Part shown: one piece after another, positions 21,935-33,013 of the stretch
Layout: every line of letters begins with the position of its first letter
How positions within the stretch are numbered: the first letter of the stretch is position 1
Origin: Candidatus Omnitrophota bacterium
GTDB taxonomy: Bacteria; Omnitrophota; Gorgyraeia; 2-02-FULL-51-18
Length of the DNA stretch: 64,000 nt
NCBI GenBank assembly: GCA_022072175.1
Contig: JAJVIE010000003.1
Location: forward strand, 665,840 to 729,839
Direction of reading: 5' to 3'
Notes under the pieces: model-generated
Seen by the model: the letters and a program-made list of their open reading frames with translations, nothing else
What the model was told of the DNA's origin: nothing
Databases searched by the model: none
Position numbers and translations under genes: made by a program

Positions 21935-23215
21935 TCAGAGGGACAGCTTGGGGCGGATCTCGGAGGCCAGACGCGAGGCGTCCGGACCCACCAGGGCCAA
22001 TCGGAGCGCCTGTGTCCTGAAAAGCCGCGCCGCGACCCGCTTGAGGTCGTGCGGACGGATGGCTTCGACGCGTCGGCGGATCTGCGCCAGAGTACGGTTG
22101 GACCTCGACGACAGCACGCTCTCCCCCGCCCACAGCATGAGGTTCATCGTGTTCTCCAGCCCCAGGTCGAGCTGGCCGAGGTAGAAATCCTTGGCCCTCC
22201 GCAGCTCGTCCGGTCCCACGTCGGTCGTCGCGATCTTCGACAGCTCCTTGAGCACGACACCGACGGCCTCGGGGGCCTTGCGGCCGTCGACCCCGGCCGA
22301 GATGATGAAAGCGCCCGTCTCGGTGTACCGCCTCACCGAAGAGCCGATATCATAGGCCAATCCCCGCTCTTCGCGCACTTCGTTGAAGAGCCGCGAGGAC
22401 ATATTGCCTCCGAGCACCACATTGAGAAGGTCCAGCGGCAGTTCGTCGGGATGGTCCTTCGGAAGGGCGTGCATGCCGAGGCACAGATGGGTCTGCTCGG
22501 TCTTCTTGTTGAGGCTCCTGACCCTGGAGGTCGCGGCGCTACCGCTGAAAAGCCTGCGCTGGACGCCGGGGGCCGACCGCGGCGGCCGCGCGAAAGCCCT
22601 GAGCACCTCGCGGCTGAGCTGGATCAGGTCGATGTCTCCGGCGGCGCTGACGGTCAAATGCGGCTGTCGATAGTAACGGTCGCGAAAACCCACGATCTGC
22701 TCGCGCGTCATCGCCCCGACGGTCTTCAGCGTGCCGGCGATCGGCCGTCCCAGCGCGTGGCCGTCCCACAACACCTCGCAGAGGATCTCATCGACCAGCT
22801 GGCCCGGCTGGTCCTGGGTCATCTTGATCTCCTCGAGGATCACCGTACGTTCCTTCTCGAGGTCCTCTGTCCGGAGCGTGGCTCCGGTGACCATGTCGGC
22901 CAGGACATCGAAGGTCCCTCTGAAGTGGGCCGCGGTCGTCTTGGCCAGGAAACACGTGTACTCCTCGCCGGTGAACGCGTTGAGGCTCCCGCCCTTGCCC
23001 TCGACGTCCTCCTTGATCTGGTAGGTCGTTCTGCGGTGGGTTCCTTTGAAGACCAGGTGCTCGAGGAAGTGAGAGGCGCCGGAGAGCTCCGGACTTTCGT
23101 CGCGTCCTCCGACGCTGACCCAGATGCCCACTGAGACGGAACGGCGTCCCGGCAAGGGCGCCCACACCAGGCGAACGCCGTTGGGGAGCAGTTTGACGCT
23201 GTATTCCCGCTTCAT
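21935..23215 (-). CDS. M16B family zinc peptidase
   Basis: Inverted zinc motif HFLEH, LNAFT, LGGNMSSRLF.EVREERGLAY. Confidence 0.93.
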   Translation of the reverse strand: MKREYSVKLLPNGVRLVWAPLPGRRSVSVGIWVSVGGRDESPELSGASHFLEHLVFKGTHRRTTYQIKEDVEGKGGSLNAFTGEEYTCFLAKTTAAHFRGTFDVLADMVTGATLRTEDLEKERTVILEEIKMTQDQPGQLVDEILCEVLWDGHALGRPIAGTLKTVGAMTREQIVGFRDRYYRQPHLTVSAAGDIDLIQLSREVLRAFARPPRSAPGVQRRLFSGSAATSRVRSLNKKTEQTHLCLGMHALPKDHPDELPLDLLNVVLGGNMSSRLFNEVREERGLAYDIGSSVRRYTETGAFIISAGVDGRKAPEAVGVVLKELSKIATTDVGPDELRRAKDFYLGQLDLGLENTMNLMLWAGESVLSSRSNRTLAQIRRRVEAIRPHDLKRVAARLFRTQALRLALVGPDASRLASEIRPKLSL

Positions 23216-23643
23216 GATGCGCCCGTCGCGCGATGACGCCGCGAGTCCAGATAGCCCTGAAGGATGAGGATGGCCGCCAGCTGATCGCTCTTCTGTTTCT
23301 GCTTCTGCCGAGAGAGGCCCTCCTGGATCATCAGACGCCCCGCCTGCCGGCTGGTGAGACGCTCGTCCCAGGAGGCCACGCCGAGACCCGTCTCACGCGC
23401 CAATCGGTCCATCCACTCACGGGTCAACCGGGCCTTGGGGCCCTCTGTGCCGTCCATATTGACCGGGAGACCGATGACGATCTCCGTCACTCCGCGTTCG
23501 GAGCAGAGGCTCTTCAACGCCGCGACGGTACGGTCCACGCCCTTGTTCTCGAGCGTCTCGAGTCCCTGGGCGGTGTATCCGAGAGGGTCGGAGATCGCCA
23601 GGCCGATCCTTTTGTCGCCCAGATCGATGGCCAGGATCCTCAT
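23212..23643 (-). CDS. ruvX: YqgF/RuvX pre-16S rRNA nuclease
   Basis: LAIDLGDKRIGLA, IGLP, WDERLTS, DQLAAILILQ. Confidence 0.94.
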   Translation of the reverse strand: MRILAIDLGDKRIGLAISDPLGYTAQGLETLENKGVDRTVAALKSLCSERGVTEIVIGLPVNMDGTEGPKARLTREWMDRLARETGLGVASWDERLTSRQAGRLMIQEGLSRQKQKQKSDQLAAILILQGYLDSRRHRATGAS

Positions 23644-24656
23644 GAGGCCTGAGCCGCCCAGCGTGCCGCGGATTCGGAGGCGCCTCTTGGACAAACGAGC
23701 ATGCCTTGGTGTGTTCGTACCACGATCGTGTCCTTCAGACCGGACAGACGCGCGCGGCCCGGCAGGGCATCGTGAACAAGGCAGTTCTCGCAATCCTTGA
23801 GCACCGCCCCGCCGATGACCGCGTTGCCCGCGGCATCCTTCGGAGCTTTTTCGTAGTACATGTCCCAACTGCCCATATCGCACCAGTCCATCCGGGTCGA
23901 CAGTACCGTCACGCGGCGCGTTCTCTCCATGAGCGCGTAGTCGATGGAGAGCGCCGGCAATCTCCGATAGGCGGCCCTCAAACGCGCGACGCCCTTGAGG
24001 CGCGTGAACTGCGGAGCGTGCCGCTCCATTTCACCATAGTAGGTGGAGAGCCGCCACGTGAAGATGCCGGCGTTCCATGCGTGCCGGCCGCCTTTGAGAT
24101 AGGCCGCCGCGCGCCGGGAGTCCGGTTTTTCGACGAAACGCCTGACGGTGTGGGCTCCGGCCGTACCGCGGATCGCCTGCCCGCGCTCGATGTAACCATA
24201 GCCGGTGGCGGCGAACGTCGGCCGGATGCCGATCGTGACCAGCGTCCTCGACGATCCGGCCAGACGGATGGCCGCGCGCATCGTGCCGGCGAACGACGCC
24301 GTGTCCTGGATCAGGTGGTCGGCCGGGTAGAAGGAGACGACCTCCTCGCCGCCGCACCTCTGACGCAGGATCTCGCAGGTCAGATGGATCGCCGAGGCCG
24401 TATTGTTGCGGAACGGCTCGATATGCAGATTGCCGGAGCTCAGGGACGTCAGCTCGGCGCGCACATGACGGACATGATCGCGTCCGGTGATGACATGCAC
24501 GCGGGCGGCCCCGTAAACTCGGGCCAGACGGGCGTACGTGGACGACAGCAGGGACGATCGACCGTCGTACCGGATGCGGTATTTGGGGAAATCCGCGGAT
24601 GTCAGCGGCCAGAATCGTTCTCCGATACCGCCGGCCATGATCACTGCCTGGGGCAT
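23640..24656 (-). CDS. manC: Mannose-1-phosphate guanylyltransferase (no PMI domain)
   Basis: IMAGGIGERFWP, EPFRNNTA, PADH, TGYGYI, FVEKP, SIDYALME, WCDMGSW. Confidence 0.88.
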   Translation of the reverse strand: MPQAVIMAGGIGERFWPLTSADFPKYRIRYDGRSSLLSSTYARLARVYGAARVHVITGRDHVRHVRAELTSLSSGNLHIEPFRNNTASAIHLTCEILRQRCGGEEVVSFYPADHLIQDTASFAGTMRAAIRLAGSSRTLVTIGIRPTFAATGYGYIERGQAIRGTAGAHTVRRFVEKPDSRRAAAYLKGGRHAWNAGIFTWRLSTYYGEMERHAPQFTRLKGVARLRAAYRRLPALSIDYALMERTRRVTVLSTRMDWCDMGSWDMYYEKAPKDAAGNAVIGGAVLKDCENCLVHDALPGRARLSGLKDTIVVRTHQGMLVCPRGASESAARWAAQAS

Positions 24657-25477
24657 CAATCGCCCCCGGCTTTGACGGACCGGACGGCCCGGACGAACGG
24701 CCGCACCACCCGCCGGGCGAACGCGGAAGCGTCGGACAGGCCGGTCCTGGACAGCTCTCGGACGATCGCGCTGCCGACGATCACACCATCGCTGTACGCG
24801 CAGAAGCGGCGCGCCGCCTCGGGTGTCGAGACACCGAAACCCACGCAGACCGGAAGCTCGCTTCCCCTGCGCGCGCGGCGCACATGCGACTCGATGACGC
24901 GCGAACTGTCCTTGGCGTCCGCTCCGGTGACGCCGGTCAAGGAAACGTAATAGACAAAACCTTTGGAGCGTCTGAGCACCAGGCGTTCACGCTCGCCGGA
25001 GCTGGTCGGGGCCAGCAGGTAGACGGTATGCAGTCCGCGCCGGGCCAGCACACGGTCGATCTCCCCGCCCTCATCTGGAGGCACGTCCGGCAGGATCACC
25101 CCATCGACACCCGCACGGGCAGCGTCAGCGGCGAATCGCCGGATACCGTAACGGAGGATGGGGTTGGCGTAGCTCATGAGCAGGATGGGCAGGCGCACGC
25201 CGCTCCGTCGCGCCTGGCCGACCATGTCCAGCACACGCCGCACGGTCACGCCGTTCTTGAGGGCCGTCAGCGAGGAGGCCTGGATGACGGGCCCGTCCGC
25301 CAGAGGGTCGGAGAACGGCACCCCGATCTCCAGCAGATCCACACCCTCACGCTCGAGCGCGACCGCCAGGCGGACGGTGCTCGTGAGCGTCGGATGTCCC
25401 GCGGTGATGAAGGCGATCATGGCTTTCTGCCGCCGCTCACGCAGCGCGGCGAACGTCCGGTCGATGCGGTTGGTCAT
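24656..25477 (-). CDS. trpA: Tryptophan synthase alpha chain
   Basis: [25 protein letters not shown]. Confidence 0.97.
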   Translation of the reverse strand: MTNRIDRTFAALRERRQKAMIAFITAGHPTLTSTVRLAVALEREGVDLLEIGVPFSDPLADGPVIQASSLTALKNGVTVRRVLDMVGQARRSGVRLPILLMSYANPILRYGIRRFAADAARAGVDGVILPDVPPDEGGEIDRVLARRGLHTVYLLAPTSSGERERLVLRRSKGFVYYVSLTGVTGADAKDSSRVIESHVRRARRGSELPVCVGFGVSTPEAARRFCAYSDGVIVGSAIVRELSRTGLSDASAFARRVVRPFVRAVRSVKAGGD

Positions 25478-26682
25478 AAGGCCAGCACCTTGGAGACCTG
25501 CTCGACGTCCTTGTCGCCGCGTCCGGACAGGCAGATCAGGAGCGTATCCGTCCTGCGGAAGCGGCGCTTGTTCTTGAGCAGATAGCCGATCGCGTGCGCC
25601 GGCTCGAGCGCCGGAATGATCCCTTCGAGTCGGCTCAGGGCCTGGAGCCCTTCGAGCGCTTCTTTGTCCGTGGCCGAGACGTACTCCGCCCGACCCCTGC
25701 TCTTGAGATAAGCGTGTTCGGGACCGACACCCGGATAATCCAAGCCCGCCGAGATGGAGTGGGCCAACTGGATCTGGCCGTCAGCGTCCTGGAGCACTTC
25801 GGTCCGGCTGCCGTGAAGCACGCCGATCCGGCCGGCGGTGAGCGTCGCCGCGTGCTGGCCCGAGGAGACGCCGTGCCCGGCCGCCTCGACGCCGATCAGG
25901 CGCGCGCGGCTGGCGAGGAACGGATGGAACAGCCCCATGCTGTTGGAGCCGCCCCCCACGCACGCCACCGCGTAGTCAGGGTCCCGCCCGACGGCAACCC
26001 GGAACTGCCTGCGCGCCTCCTGACCGATCACGGCCTGGAAATCCCTGACCAGCCGCGGGTACGGATGAGGCCCGATGACGGAGCCGATGATGTAGTGCGT
26101 GTCGCGCACGTTGGTGACCCAATCCCGGATGGCCTCGTTGACGGCGTCCTTGAGCGTCCGCGAACCCGAGCGGACCGGGTTGACCTTGGCGCCCAGGAGT
26201 TTCATACGAAAGACGTTGAGGGACTGGCGGTGGACATCCTCCTCCCCCATATAGACCTCACAGCGGATCCCCAGAAGCGCGCACACCGTCGCGGTGGCCA
26301 CGCCGTGCTGCCCGGCCCCCGTCTCCGCGATGACGCGTTTTTTGCCCATCCGAAGCGTCAGTAGGGATTGACCGATGGTGTTGTTGATCTTGTGCGAGCC
26401 GGTATGATTGAGGTCCTCGCGCTTCAGGAAAGCACGGCGAACCCCGAGCGCCTTGGCCAGACGCTTGACCTCGGTCAACGCCGTCGGCCGGCCGGCATAA
26501 TGGTGGAGCCGCTGCATGAACTCCCTGCGGAAAGACGGGTCCCTGGAGGCCTTGGCGTACTCGCGCTCCAGCTCGGCGAGCGCGCCCATGAGCGTCTCGG
26601 GCACATAACGGCCGCCGTAGGGGCCGAAATGCCCGTGGCGGTCGGGTTGACTATGGAAGCGTTCGGTAGGCTTTTTGGGCAT
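25474..26682 (-). CDS. trpB: Tryptophan synthase beta chain
   Basis: [31 protein letters not shown]. Confidence 0.98.
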   Translation of the reverse strand: MPKKPTERFHSQPDRHGHFGPYGGRYVPETLMGALAELEREYAKASRDPSFRREFMQRLHHYAGRPTALTEVKRLAKALGVRRAFLKREDLNHTGSHKINNTIGQSLLTLRMGKKRVIAETGAGQHGVATATVCALLGIRCEVYMGEEDVHRQSLNVFRMKLLGAKVNPVRSGSRTLKDAVNEAIRDWVTNVRDTHYIIGSVIGPHPYPRLVRDFQAVIGQEARRQFRVAVGRDPDYAVACVGGGSNSMGLFHPFLASRARLIGVEAAGHGVSSGQHAATLTAGRIGVLHGSRTEVLQDADGQIQLAHSISAGLDYPGVGPEHAYLKSRGRAEYVSATDKEALEGLQALSRLEGIIPALEPAHAIGYLLKNKRRFRRTDTLLICLSGRGDKDVEQVSKVLAL

Positions 26683-27283
26683 TGGTGATGAACCTTTTCA
26701 TCGCGACAGGGTCCTTGATGCCGGGGGCGGTTTCGACCCGGCTGGAAGCCTCGACGCCGTACGGACGCAGCCGGCGGACCGCCTCGGCGACGTTGCCGGC
26801 ATGCAGTCCTCCCGCCAGGATCACCGGCGTCGTTCGCGGCACACCACGGAGCAGGCTCAGATCGAACGTCCGGCCCGTCCCGCCGTCGGACCCGCGAACC
26901 TCGGTATCGAACAGCCATGCCCCGGCCCGGTGGCGCCTCAGGGCGGCGACCGCGAACCCCGGTCCGACACGAAAGGCCTTGATCGTCAGAAGGTTTCCGA
27001 GGATCCGCTCGTATCCGGGTCGCTCCGACCCGTGCAGTTGGACGGCCGTCAGACCCGCTTCATCAGCGATAGCCCGGATCTCGCGTGCCGGCGTATCGAC
27101 AAAAACCCCCACGAGCGCGGGCCACGGACCCACCGCCCGCCGGATGCGTCGGGCCTGCGCCGGCGTAACGCGGCGCTTGCTGCCGGCGGCGAAGACCAGC
27201 CCGACCGCCGTCGCGCCACAGCGGAACGCCAGCTCAGCGTCCTGCTGACGGGTCACACCGCAGATCTTCACGTAACCGCTCAT
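26651..27283 (-). CDS. trpF: Phosphoribosylanthranilate isomerase
   Basis: VKICG, QLHGSE, GGTG.TFD, LAGGL. Confidence 0.95.
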   Translation of the reverse strand: MSGYVKICGVTRQQDAELAFRCGATAVGLVFAAGSKRRVTPAQARRIRRAVGPWPALVGVFVDTPAREIRAIADEAGLTAVQLHGSERPGYERILGNLLTIKAFRVGPGFAVAALRRHRAGAWLFDTEVRGSDGGTGRTFDLSLLRGVPRTTPVILAGGLHAGNVAEAVRRLRPYGVEASSRVETAPGIKDPVAMKRFITNAQKAYRTLP

Positions 27284-28068
27284 GTGCGCCCCAGGAGTTT
27301 GGCGACGCCCGCGCCGGGATCGGCTTCCCGCATGAACGCTTCGCCCACGAGAACGGCCTTGGCTCCGAGAGCTTTCAAGTATAACAAATCACCATGGGAC
27401 TGTATGCCACTTTCGGAGACCAGCAACCGCTTGTCGTCGACGAGCGGCGCCAATCTCTCCGTCGTGCGAAGGTCCACCGAGAACGTCTGCAGGTCGCGGT
27501 TGTTCACTCCGATGATCCTCGCTCCGACAGCCAGGGCTTTCTGCACATCCTCGTAGCTGTGGGTCTCCACCAGGGCGTCCAGACCGTAGCGTCCGGCCAG
27601 TTCGTACAGCGTCTTGAGCTCTTCGGCCGAGAGCGCCCCGGCGATCAGGAGCAGGGCGTCGGCGCCCATCGCCACCGTCTCGTACACTTGCACTTCGTGG
27701 ATGATGAAATCCTTGCGCAGCACCGGCAGAGCGACCTCGGCCTTGACCGAGCGCAGATAGTCGGCGCTGCCGCCGAAGTAGATCACGTCCGTGAGCACCG
27801 ACAGCGCCGCGGCCCCGCCCTTTTCGAAGGATCGGGCCAGGGAGACCGGGTCGAAATCCGCCCTCAGGAGCCCCTTGGACGGCGAGCGGCGTTTGATCTC
27901 TGCGATGACGGCCATCGGTTCGGGCGCTTCGCGGAGAGCCCGCTCGAAGACGCCCGCGTTCGCGTGGCGGAGCCGCTCGGCCTCGGAACGCCAGGCCGCC
28001 AGGGGCTTGGCCGCCAGCGTCTCCTGGACCTCCTTGCGTTTCTCCATCAGGATCTCCCGGAGGATCAC
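27280..28068 (-). CDS. trpC: Indole-3-glycerol phosphate synthase
   Basis: IAEIKRRSPSKG, LRKDF, GVNNRDL, SESGI. Confidence 0.96.
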   Translation of the reverse strand: MILREILMEKRKEVQETLAAKPLAAWRSEAERLRHANAGVFERALREAPEPMAVIAEIKRRSPSKGLLRADFDPVSLARSFEKGGAAALSVLTDVIYFGGSADYLRSVKAEVALPVLRKDFIIHEVQVYETVAMGADALLLIAGALSAEELKTLYELAGRYGLDALVETHSYEDVQKALAVGARIIGVNNRDLQTFSVDLRTTERLAPLVDDKRLLVSESGIQSHGDLLYLKALGAKAVLVGEAFMREADPGAGVAKLLGRT

Positions 28069-29081
28069 GCGGCGCTCCCGTAGTAGTCACGCACCTGCTG
28101 GAGCTTGTTCAGGCCGCCCCCGTTCCGCTGGACCGCCACGATCCGCCGGTAACCCTCGGCGATGGACGGCGCCAGACCCGCGGCGCGCAGGCCCGCGCCG
28201 GCGTTCAGGCAGACGATGTCCGAGGCGGGACCCGAAGCGCCCCCGAGGATGTCGAGAGCCAGACGCGAGGCATCCTCGGCATCGGCCACCCTGAGCACAT
28301 CGAGCGGCACCCGACGGATGCCGACATCTTCGGGCTCCAGACGTCCCTCTCGGATCTGCCCGCCCGACAATTCGGCATAGACGCTGGGGGCGGAGATGCT
28401 GATCTCGTCCAGGCCATCCTCGCCGTGCACGATGAGCGCGGAGACACAGCCGAGCTCCTTGAGCGCTTCGGCGAACGCCCGGACCAGCGGACGGGAATAC
28501 ACGCCCAGGAGGTGATGTCCCGCTCCGGTGGGATTGGACAGCGGTCCGATCAGGTTGAAGACCGTCTTGCCGCCGACCCGCTTGCGTGCGGCCATGGCGT
28601 GTTTGACGGCGGGGTGGTACAGCGGCGCGAACAGGAACCCCCAACCGACCTCGGCGATACCCCTTTCGATCTTCTGGGCGCCGGCGTCCATCGGCACACC
28701 CAGGGCCTCCAGAAGATCCGCGCTGCCGCAGACCCCCGACACCGAACGGTTGCCGTGCTTGGCGACGCGGGCGCCGGCGGCCGCGCACAGGAACGATGCG
28801 ATCGTCGAGACGTTGAGCGTCCGGGAGGCATCGCCTCCGGTACCGCACGTATCGAGCCATTCCGGATGATCGGAGGCGGTCCGGACGCCGTGCTCGCGCA
28901 GCACCCTCGCGGCCGCGACGATCTCTCCGACCGACTCTCCTTTCTGACGCAACAGCACCAGCAGGTCGGCGATGTCGGACTCCTGGGCCTGACCGCTCAT
29001 GATGGCGCGCATGGCGTCGGTCATCTCGGAGGAAGCCAGATCACGTCCGGCGCGGAGGAGTTCGACGGCGGGCAGGGTCAC
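28065..29081 (-). CDS. trpD: Anthranilate phosphoribosyltransferase
   Basis: DTCGTGGD, KHGNRSVS, GPLSNP, DGLDE. Confidence 0.96.
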   Translation of the reverse strand: MTLPAVELLRAGRDLASSEMTDAMRAIMSGQAQESDIADLLVLLRQKGESVGEIVAAARVLREHGVRTASDHPEWLDTCGTGGDASRTLNVSTIASFLCAAAGARVAKHGNRSVSGVCGSADLLEALGVPMDAGAQKIERGIAEVGWGFLFAPLYHPAVKHAMAARKRVGGKTVFNLIGPLSNPTGAGHHLLGVYSRPLVRAFAEALKELGCVSALIVHGEDGLDEISISAPSVYAELSGGQIREGRLEPEDVGIRRVPLDVLRVADAEDASRLALDILGGASGPASDIVCLNAGAGLRAAGLAPSIAEGYRRIVAVQRNGGGLNKLQQVRDYYGSAA

Positions 29082-29647
29082 CGGGTGAGCTCGAGAAAAT
29101 TACGGAGGATGCGTTTCCCGCATCCGGTAAGGATGGACTCGGGATGGAACTGCACTCCGTAGACCGGGTACCGGCGGTGCCGAAGCCCCATGATCTCCCC
29201 CCGGTCGGTCCAGGCGGTCACCGCCAGGTCCTTGGGCAACGAACGGCGTTCGACCAGCAGTGAATGGTAGCGCGTCGCCGTGAACGGCTGATCAAGACCC
29301 TTGAAGATCCCCTTGCCGTCATGATGGATCTCGGATGTCTTGCCGTGCATCAACCGGTCCGCGCGCACGACCCGGCCGCCGTAGACCTGCCCGATGCACT
29401 GGTGCCCGAGGCAGACGCCCAGCACGGGGATGCGCGGCCCGAGCTCACGGATGATGTCGTTGGAGATCCCGGCCTCGTCCGGATTTCCGGGACCCGGAGA
29501 GATGACGATCCGGGCGGGCTTGAGCTTGCGGACACCCGCGAGATCGACGCGGTCGTTACGGACCACCTTGAGGGTCTGCCCCATCTCACCCAGGTACTGC
29601 ACGAGGTTGTAGGTGAACGAATCGTAATTGTCGATCATCAGGATCAT
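29078..29647 (-). CDS. trpG: Anthranilate synthase component II (glutamine amidotransferase)
   Basis: IDNYDSFTYN, SPGPG, GVCLGHQ, QFHPES. Confidence 0.96.
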   Translation of the reverse strand: MILMIDNYDSFTYNLVQYLGEMGQTLKVVRNDRVDLAGVRKLKPARIVISPGPGNPDEAGISNDIIRELGPRIPVLGVCLGHQCIGQVYGGRVVRADRLMHGKTSEIHHDGKGIFKGLDQPFTATRYHSLLVERRSLPKDLAVTAWTDRGEIMGLRHRRYPVYGVQFHPESILTGCGKRILRNFLELTR

Positions 29648-31146
29648 CGGGCCATCCCTCCTGCCGCGGCCTCGATCGCCCTGAAAAGAGCCTTGGCCTT
29701 GTTGACGGTCTCCTCGTACTCCTTCGCGGGGTCCGAGTCCGCCACGATACCGGCTCCGGCCTGAGCCGTCGCGCGGCCGCCGCTCATCACGATGGTGCGG
29801 ATCGCGATGCAGGTGTCCATGTCCCCGGTATGGGAGAAGTAGCCCACGACACCGGAGTACAGGCCTCTCCTGCGATTCTCGAGACGATCGATGATCTCCA
29901 TGGCCCTGACCTTGGGCGCTCCCGAGATCGTGCCCGCGGGGAACGTCGCGCGCAAAAGGTCGTAGCCGTTGCGGCCCCTCGCCAGGCGACCCTCGACGTT
30001 GCTGACCAGGTGCATGACGTGCGAGTAACGCTCGACGGTGGAGAACTCCGTGACCTTGACGCTGCCGTACCCGCACACGCGGCCCAGGTCGTTGCGGCCG
30101 AGGTCGACCAACATCAGGTGCTCGGCGCGTTCCTTGGGGTCGGCCAGGAGCTCTCTTTCGAGCGCCTTGTCCTCGGAAGCGTCGCGGCCGCGGCGGCGCG
30201 TGCCGGCGATGGGCCTGAGCGAAGCGACCCCGGCGGTGCATTTGACGTGCACCTCAGGCGAGGATCCGGCGACCTTGAGCGGTCCGAAGTTGAGATAGAA
30301 CATGTACGGAGAGGGGTTGATGGAGCGCAGTGCCCGGTAGACCTCGAACGGCTCCGCCTTGAGCGGGGTGCTGAAAGCCTGCGAGAGCACCACCTGGAAA
30401 ATATCGCCCTTGCGGATATGCTCCTGGGCCTCGAGCACGGCCTTGCGGAATCCCGCTCGGGTAAAGTTCGAATCGATGCGGAGCTTGCCCGTCGGCCGCT
30501 CGATGGGCACGGGCAGGTTGCGAAGCTTGGCGGAGCGGAACAACCGAGAGGCGGCCGCATCGATGCGCCGGGCGGCCTCGCGGTAGGCGGCCGAGCCGGA
30601 ACGCCCGCGCCGGACGCGGGCCGAGCTGATGATGCGGATGCGCCGTTCGGTATGGTCGAAGACCACGATGATACGCGGCGCGACGAACACCATGTCCGGG
30701 AGGCCGGTCTTGTCGGGATTCTTGTCGGGGATCCGCTCGAAGAAGCGCACCGTGTCATAGCCCATGTAGCCGACGAAGCCCCCGGCGAAGGGCGGCATTC
30801 CCTGCAGCGGGGCTTGTCTGTACGAACGCTGGAGCGTCTGGAGTTCCCTCAGCGGATCCGTCCGGGTCTGCCAGACACGCGAACGTCCGCGCTCATCGGA
30901 GACCGTGATCTGGCGGCCTTTACTGGTGAAGACGGCGGAGGCGCCGATGCCCAGGATCGAGTAACGAGCCAGGGACTCCCCTCCCTCCACGGACTCCAAG
31001 AGCAGTGAGTAGGGCTCATCGCCGACCTTGAGGAAGCACGATACGGGCGTCTCGAGGTCCGCCAGATACTCGCGATACACGGGTATCGTGTCGTATCTCC
31101 GCGCCAGCCGCGCGAACGTCCGCGGGTCCGGGTGGTATCCCCGCAT
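29644..31146 (-). CDS. trpE: Anthranilate synthase component I
   Basis: LLESVEGG, NPSPYM, PIAGTRRRG, AEHLMLVDLGRND, PAGTISGAPK. Confidence 0.97.
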   Translation of the reverse strand: MRGYHPDPRTFARLARRYDTIPVYREYLADLETPVSCFLKVGDEPYSLLLESVEGGESLARYSILGIGASAVFTSKGRQITVSDERGRSRVWQTRTDPLRELQTLQRSYRQAPLQGMPPFAGGFVGYMGYDTVRFFERIPDKNPDKTGLPDMVFVAPRIIVVFDHTERRIRIISSARVRRGRSGSAAYREAARRIDAAASRLFRSAKLRNLPVPIERPTGKLRIDSNFTRAGFRKAVLEAQEHIRKGDIFQVVLSQAFSTPLKAEPFEVYRALRSINPSPYMFYLNFGPLKVAGSSPEVHVKCTAGVASLRPIAGTRRRGRDASEDKALERELLADPKERAEHLMLVDLGRNDLGRVCGYGSVKVTEFSTVERYSHVMHLVSNVEGRLARGRNGYDLLRATFPAGTISGAPKVRAMEIIDRLENRRRGLYSGVVGYFSHTGDMDTCIAIRTIVMSGGRATAQAGAGIVADSDPAKEYEETVNKAKALFRAIEAAAGGMAR

Positions 31147-31149
31147 GGA

Positions 31150-31545
31150 TCAGTAGACTTTCTTGGGATCGAACACGAGCGGGTCCGTCACTTCGCGCGA
31201 AGCATCGTCCTTGATGCGTTCGAAGTAACAGCTGAAATAACCCTTGTGGCATCCGGCGACGTTCTGGTCGATCACGAACAGCAACGACTTGCCCTCGCAG
31301 TCCGGCCTGAACTCCCGCACCGCCTGCGTGTGTCCGGAGGTCTCGCCTTTTTTCATCAGCTTGTTCTGCGAGCGGCGGAACAGGTGGATGTACCCCGTCT
31401 CGAGCGTCGCTCGGAGCGAGATCTCGTTCATGTAGCAGAGCGTCAGCACCTGCTTGGTCTTGCGGTCCTGGATGATGGAGGGGATGAGCCCCTGAGCGTC
31501 GAACTTGAGCGAGCTTTTGATCTGTTCGAAGATGGCGTCGTTCAT
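31150..31545 (-). CDS. hisI: Phosphoribosyl-AMP cyclohydrolase (no HisE domain)
   Basis: [18 protein letters not shown] and CH.G..SC motifs. Confidence 0.9.
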   Translation of the reverse strand: MNDAIFEQIKSSLKFDAQGLIPSIIQDRKTKQVLTLCYMNEISLRATLETGYIHLFRRSQNKLMKKGETSGHTQAVREFRPDCEGKSLLFVIDQNVAGCHKGYFSCYFERIKDDASREVTDPLVFDPKKVY

Positions 31546-32300
31546 GACCTGACCGTGATCCCTTTCTGCTTCAGATAGCGTTTGACCTGCCCGACCGTGA
31601 ACTGACGATAATGAAAGATGCTGGCCGCCAGCACCGCGTCGGCCTTGCCGCGGGTCAGTCCGGCCGCCAGATGCGAGAGCTCACCGGCCCCTCCGGAGGC
31701 GATGACCGGCACGCGTACGGCCGAGGACACCCTGCGGAGCAGCTCAAGATCATAGCCGTTCTTGGTGCCATCGCGGTCCATGCTCGTCAGCAGGATCTCC
31801 CCCGCCCCGAGCTTCTCGCAGCGCCTGGCCCACCGGACCGCGTCCAGACCGGTCGCCGTGCGTCCCCCGTGCGTGAAGACCTCCCACCTGCGGGACCCCG
31901 TGCGCTTGGCATCGATGGCGACCACCACGCACTGGGCTCCGAACCTCCTCGAGGCCTTGCGGATGAGCTCGGGATCCTTGACGCCGGCGGTGTTGATGGA
32001 GACCTTGTCGGCCCCGGCCGCCAGGAGCGTGCGGATGTCCTCGATGGAAGAGACACCGCCGCCGACCGTCAGGGGGATGAACACCTGCTCGGCCGTACGG
32101 CGCACGACATCAAGGATGATCTTGCGCTTCTCATGCGAAGCGGTGATGTCCAGGAACACCAGCTCGTCCGCTCCGGCCCGATCATAAAAAAGCGCGCACT
32201 GCACCGGATCTCCCGCATCGCGCAGACCCACGAAGTTGGTCCCCTTGACCACTCGCCCGTCCTTCACATCTAAACAGGGGATCACGCGCTTGGCAAGCAT
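31542..32300 (-). CDS. hisF: Imidazole glycerol phosphate synthase cyclase subunit
   Basis: [27 protein letters not shown]. Confidence 0.97.
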   Translation of the reverse strand: MLAKRVIPCLDVKDGRVVKGTNFVGLRDAGDPVQCALFYDRAGADELVFLDITASHEKRKIILDVVRRTAEQVFIPLTVGGGVSSIEDIRTLLAAGADKVSINTAGVKDPELIRKASRRFGAQCVVVAIDAKRTGSRRWEVFTHGGRTATGLDAVRWARRCEKLGAGEILLTSMDRDGTKNGYDLELLRRVSSAVRVPVIASGGAGELSHLAAGLTRGKADAVLAASIFHYRQFTVGQVKRYLKQKGITVRS

Positions 32301-33013
32301 GTTCTCACCGCGTCCGCGACGCTGAACTTCTTCTCGTACAAGGCTTTACCGATGATGGCGCCGAGCAGATTGGGCTTGCGCAGCGCTTCGAGCGCCCGGA
32401 GATCGTCCAGGCTCGAGACGCCTCCTGAGGCGATCACCCCGATGCCGCCGAGATCGAGCATCGTGCCGAGCTCCTTGAGGTTCGGCCCGGTCAGGGCTCC
32501 ATCCCGGTCGATGTCGGTGTAGATGATCGTCCGTCCTCCAAGGGACGACACGGACTCCGCCAGGCCCCTGGCCCGCAGTTCCGTGACCTTCCTCCAGCCG
32601 TCCGTGGCGACCTGACCGCGCACCGCGTCGATACCGATGATCGCGCGCTCACCGAACTCCCGCAAGGCCTCTTTCAGGAAACCGGGGTCCAGACAGGCTT
32701 GAGTGCCGAAGATCACCCAGCGCACTCCGGCTTCGAGCGCCCGGTGCGCGCTCCCGAGGTCCCTCAGACCTCCGCCGAGCTCCACGGGCACCTTGACCCG
32801 ACGCAGGATCGCCCTAACAGCGTCCATGTTGGCCTGAGCTCCGTCGCGCGCGCCGTCGAGGTCGACGACATGCAATCGCCGCGCGCCCTGTTCCTCGAAG
32901 ACGGCGGCCACATCGGCCGGGGCGTCCGCATAGACCGTTTCGCGGTCGAAATCGCCCTTGAACAACCGAACGGCCTTGCCTCCGCGCAGATCGATCGCCG
33001 GGATCGGGATCAT
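32282..33013 (-). CDS. hisA: ProFAR isomerase
   Basis: [27 protein letters not shown]. Confidence 0.96.
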   Translation of the reverse strand: MIPIPAIDLRGGKAVRLFKGDFDRETVYADAPADVAAVFEEQGARRLHVVDLDGARDGAQANMDAVRAILRRVKVPVELGGGLRDLGSAHRALEAGVRWVIFGTQACLDPGFLKEALREFGERAIIGIDAVRGQVATDGWRKVTELRARGLAESVSSLGGRTIIYTDIDRDGALTGPNLKELGTMLDLGGIGVIASGGVSSLDDLRALEALRKPNLLGAIIGKALYEKKFSVADAVRTCLPSA

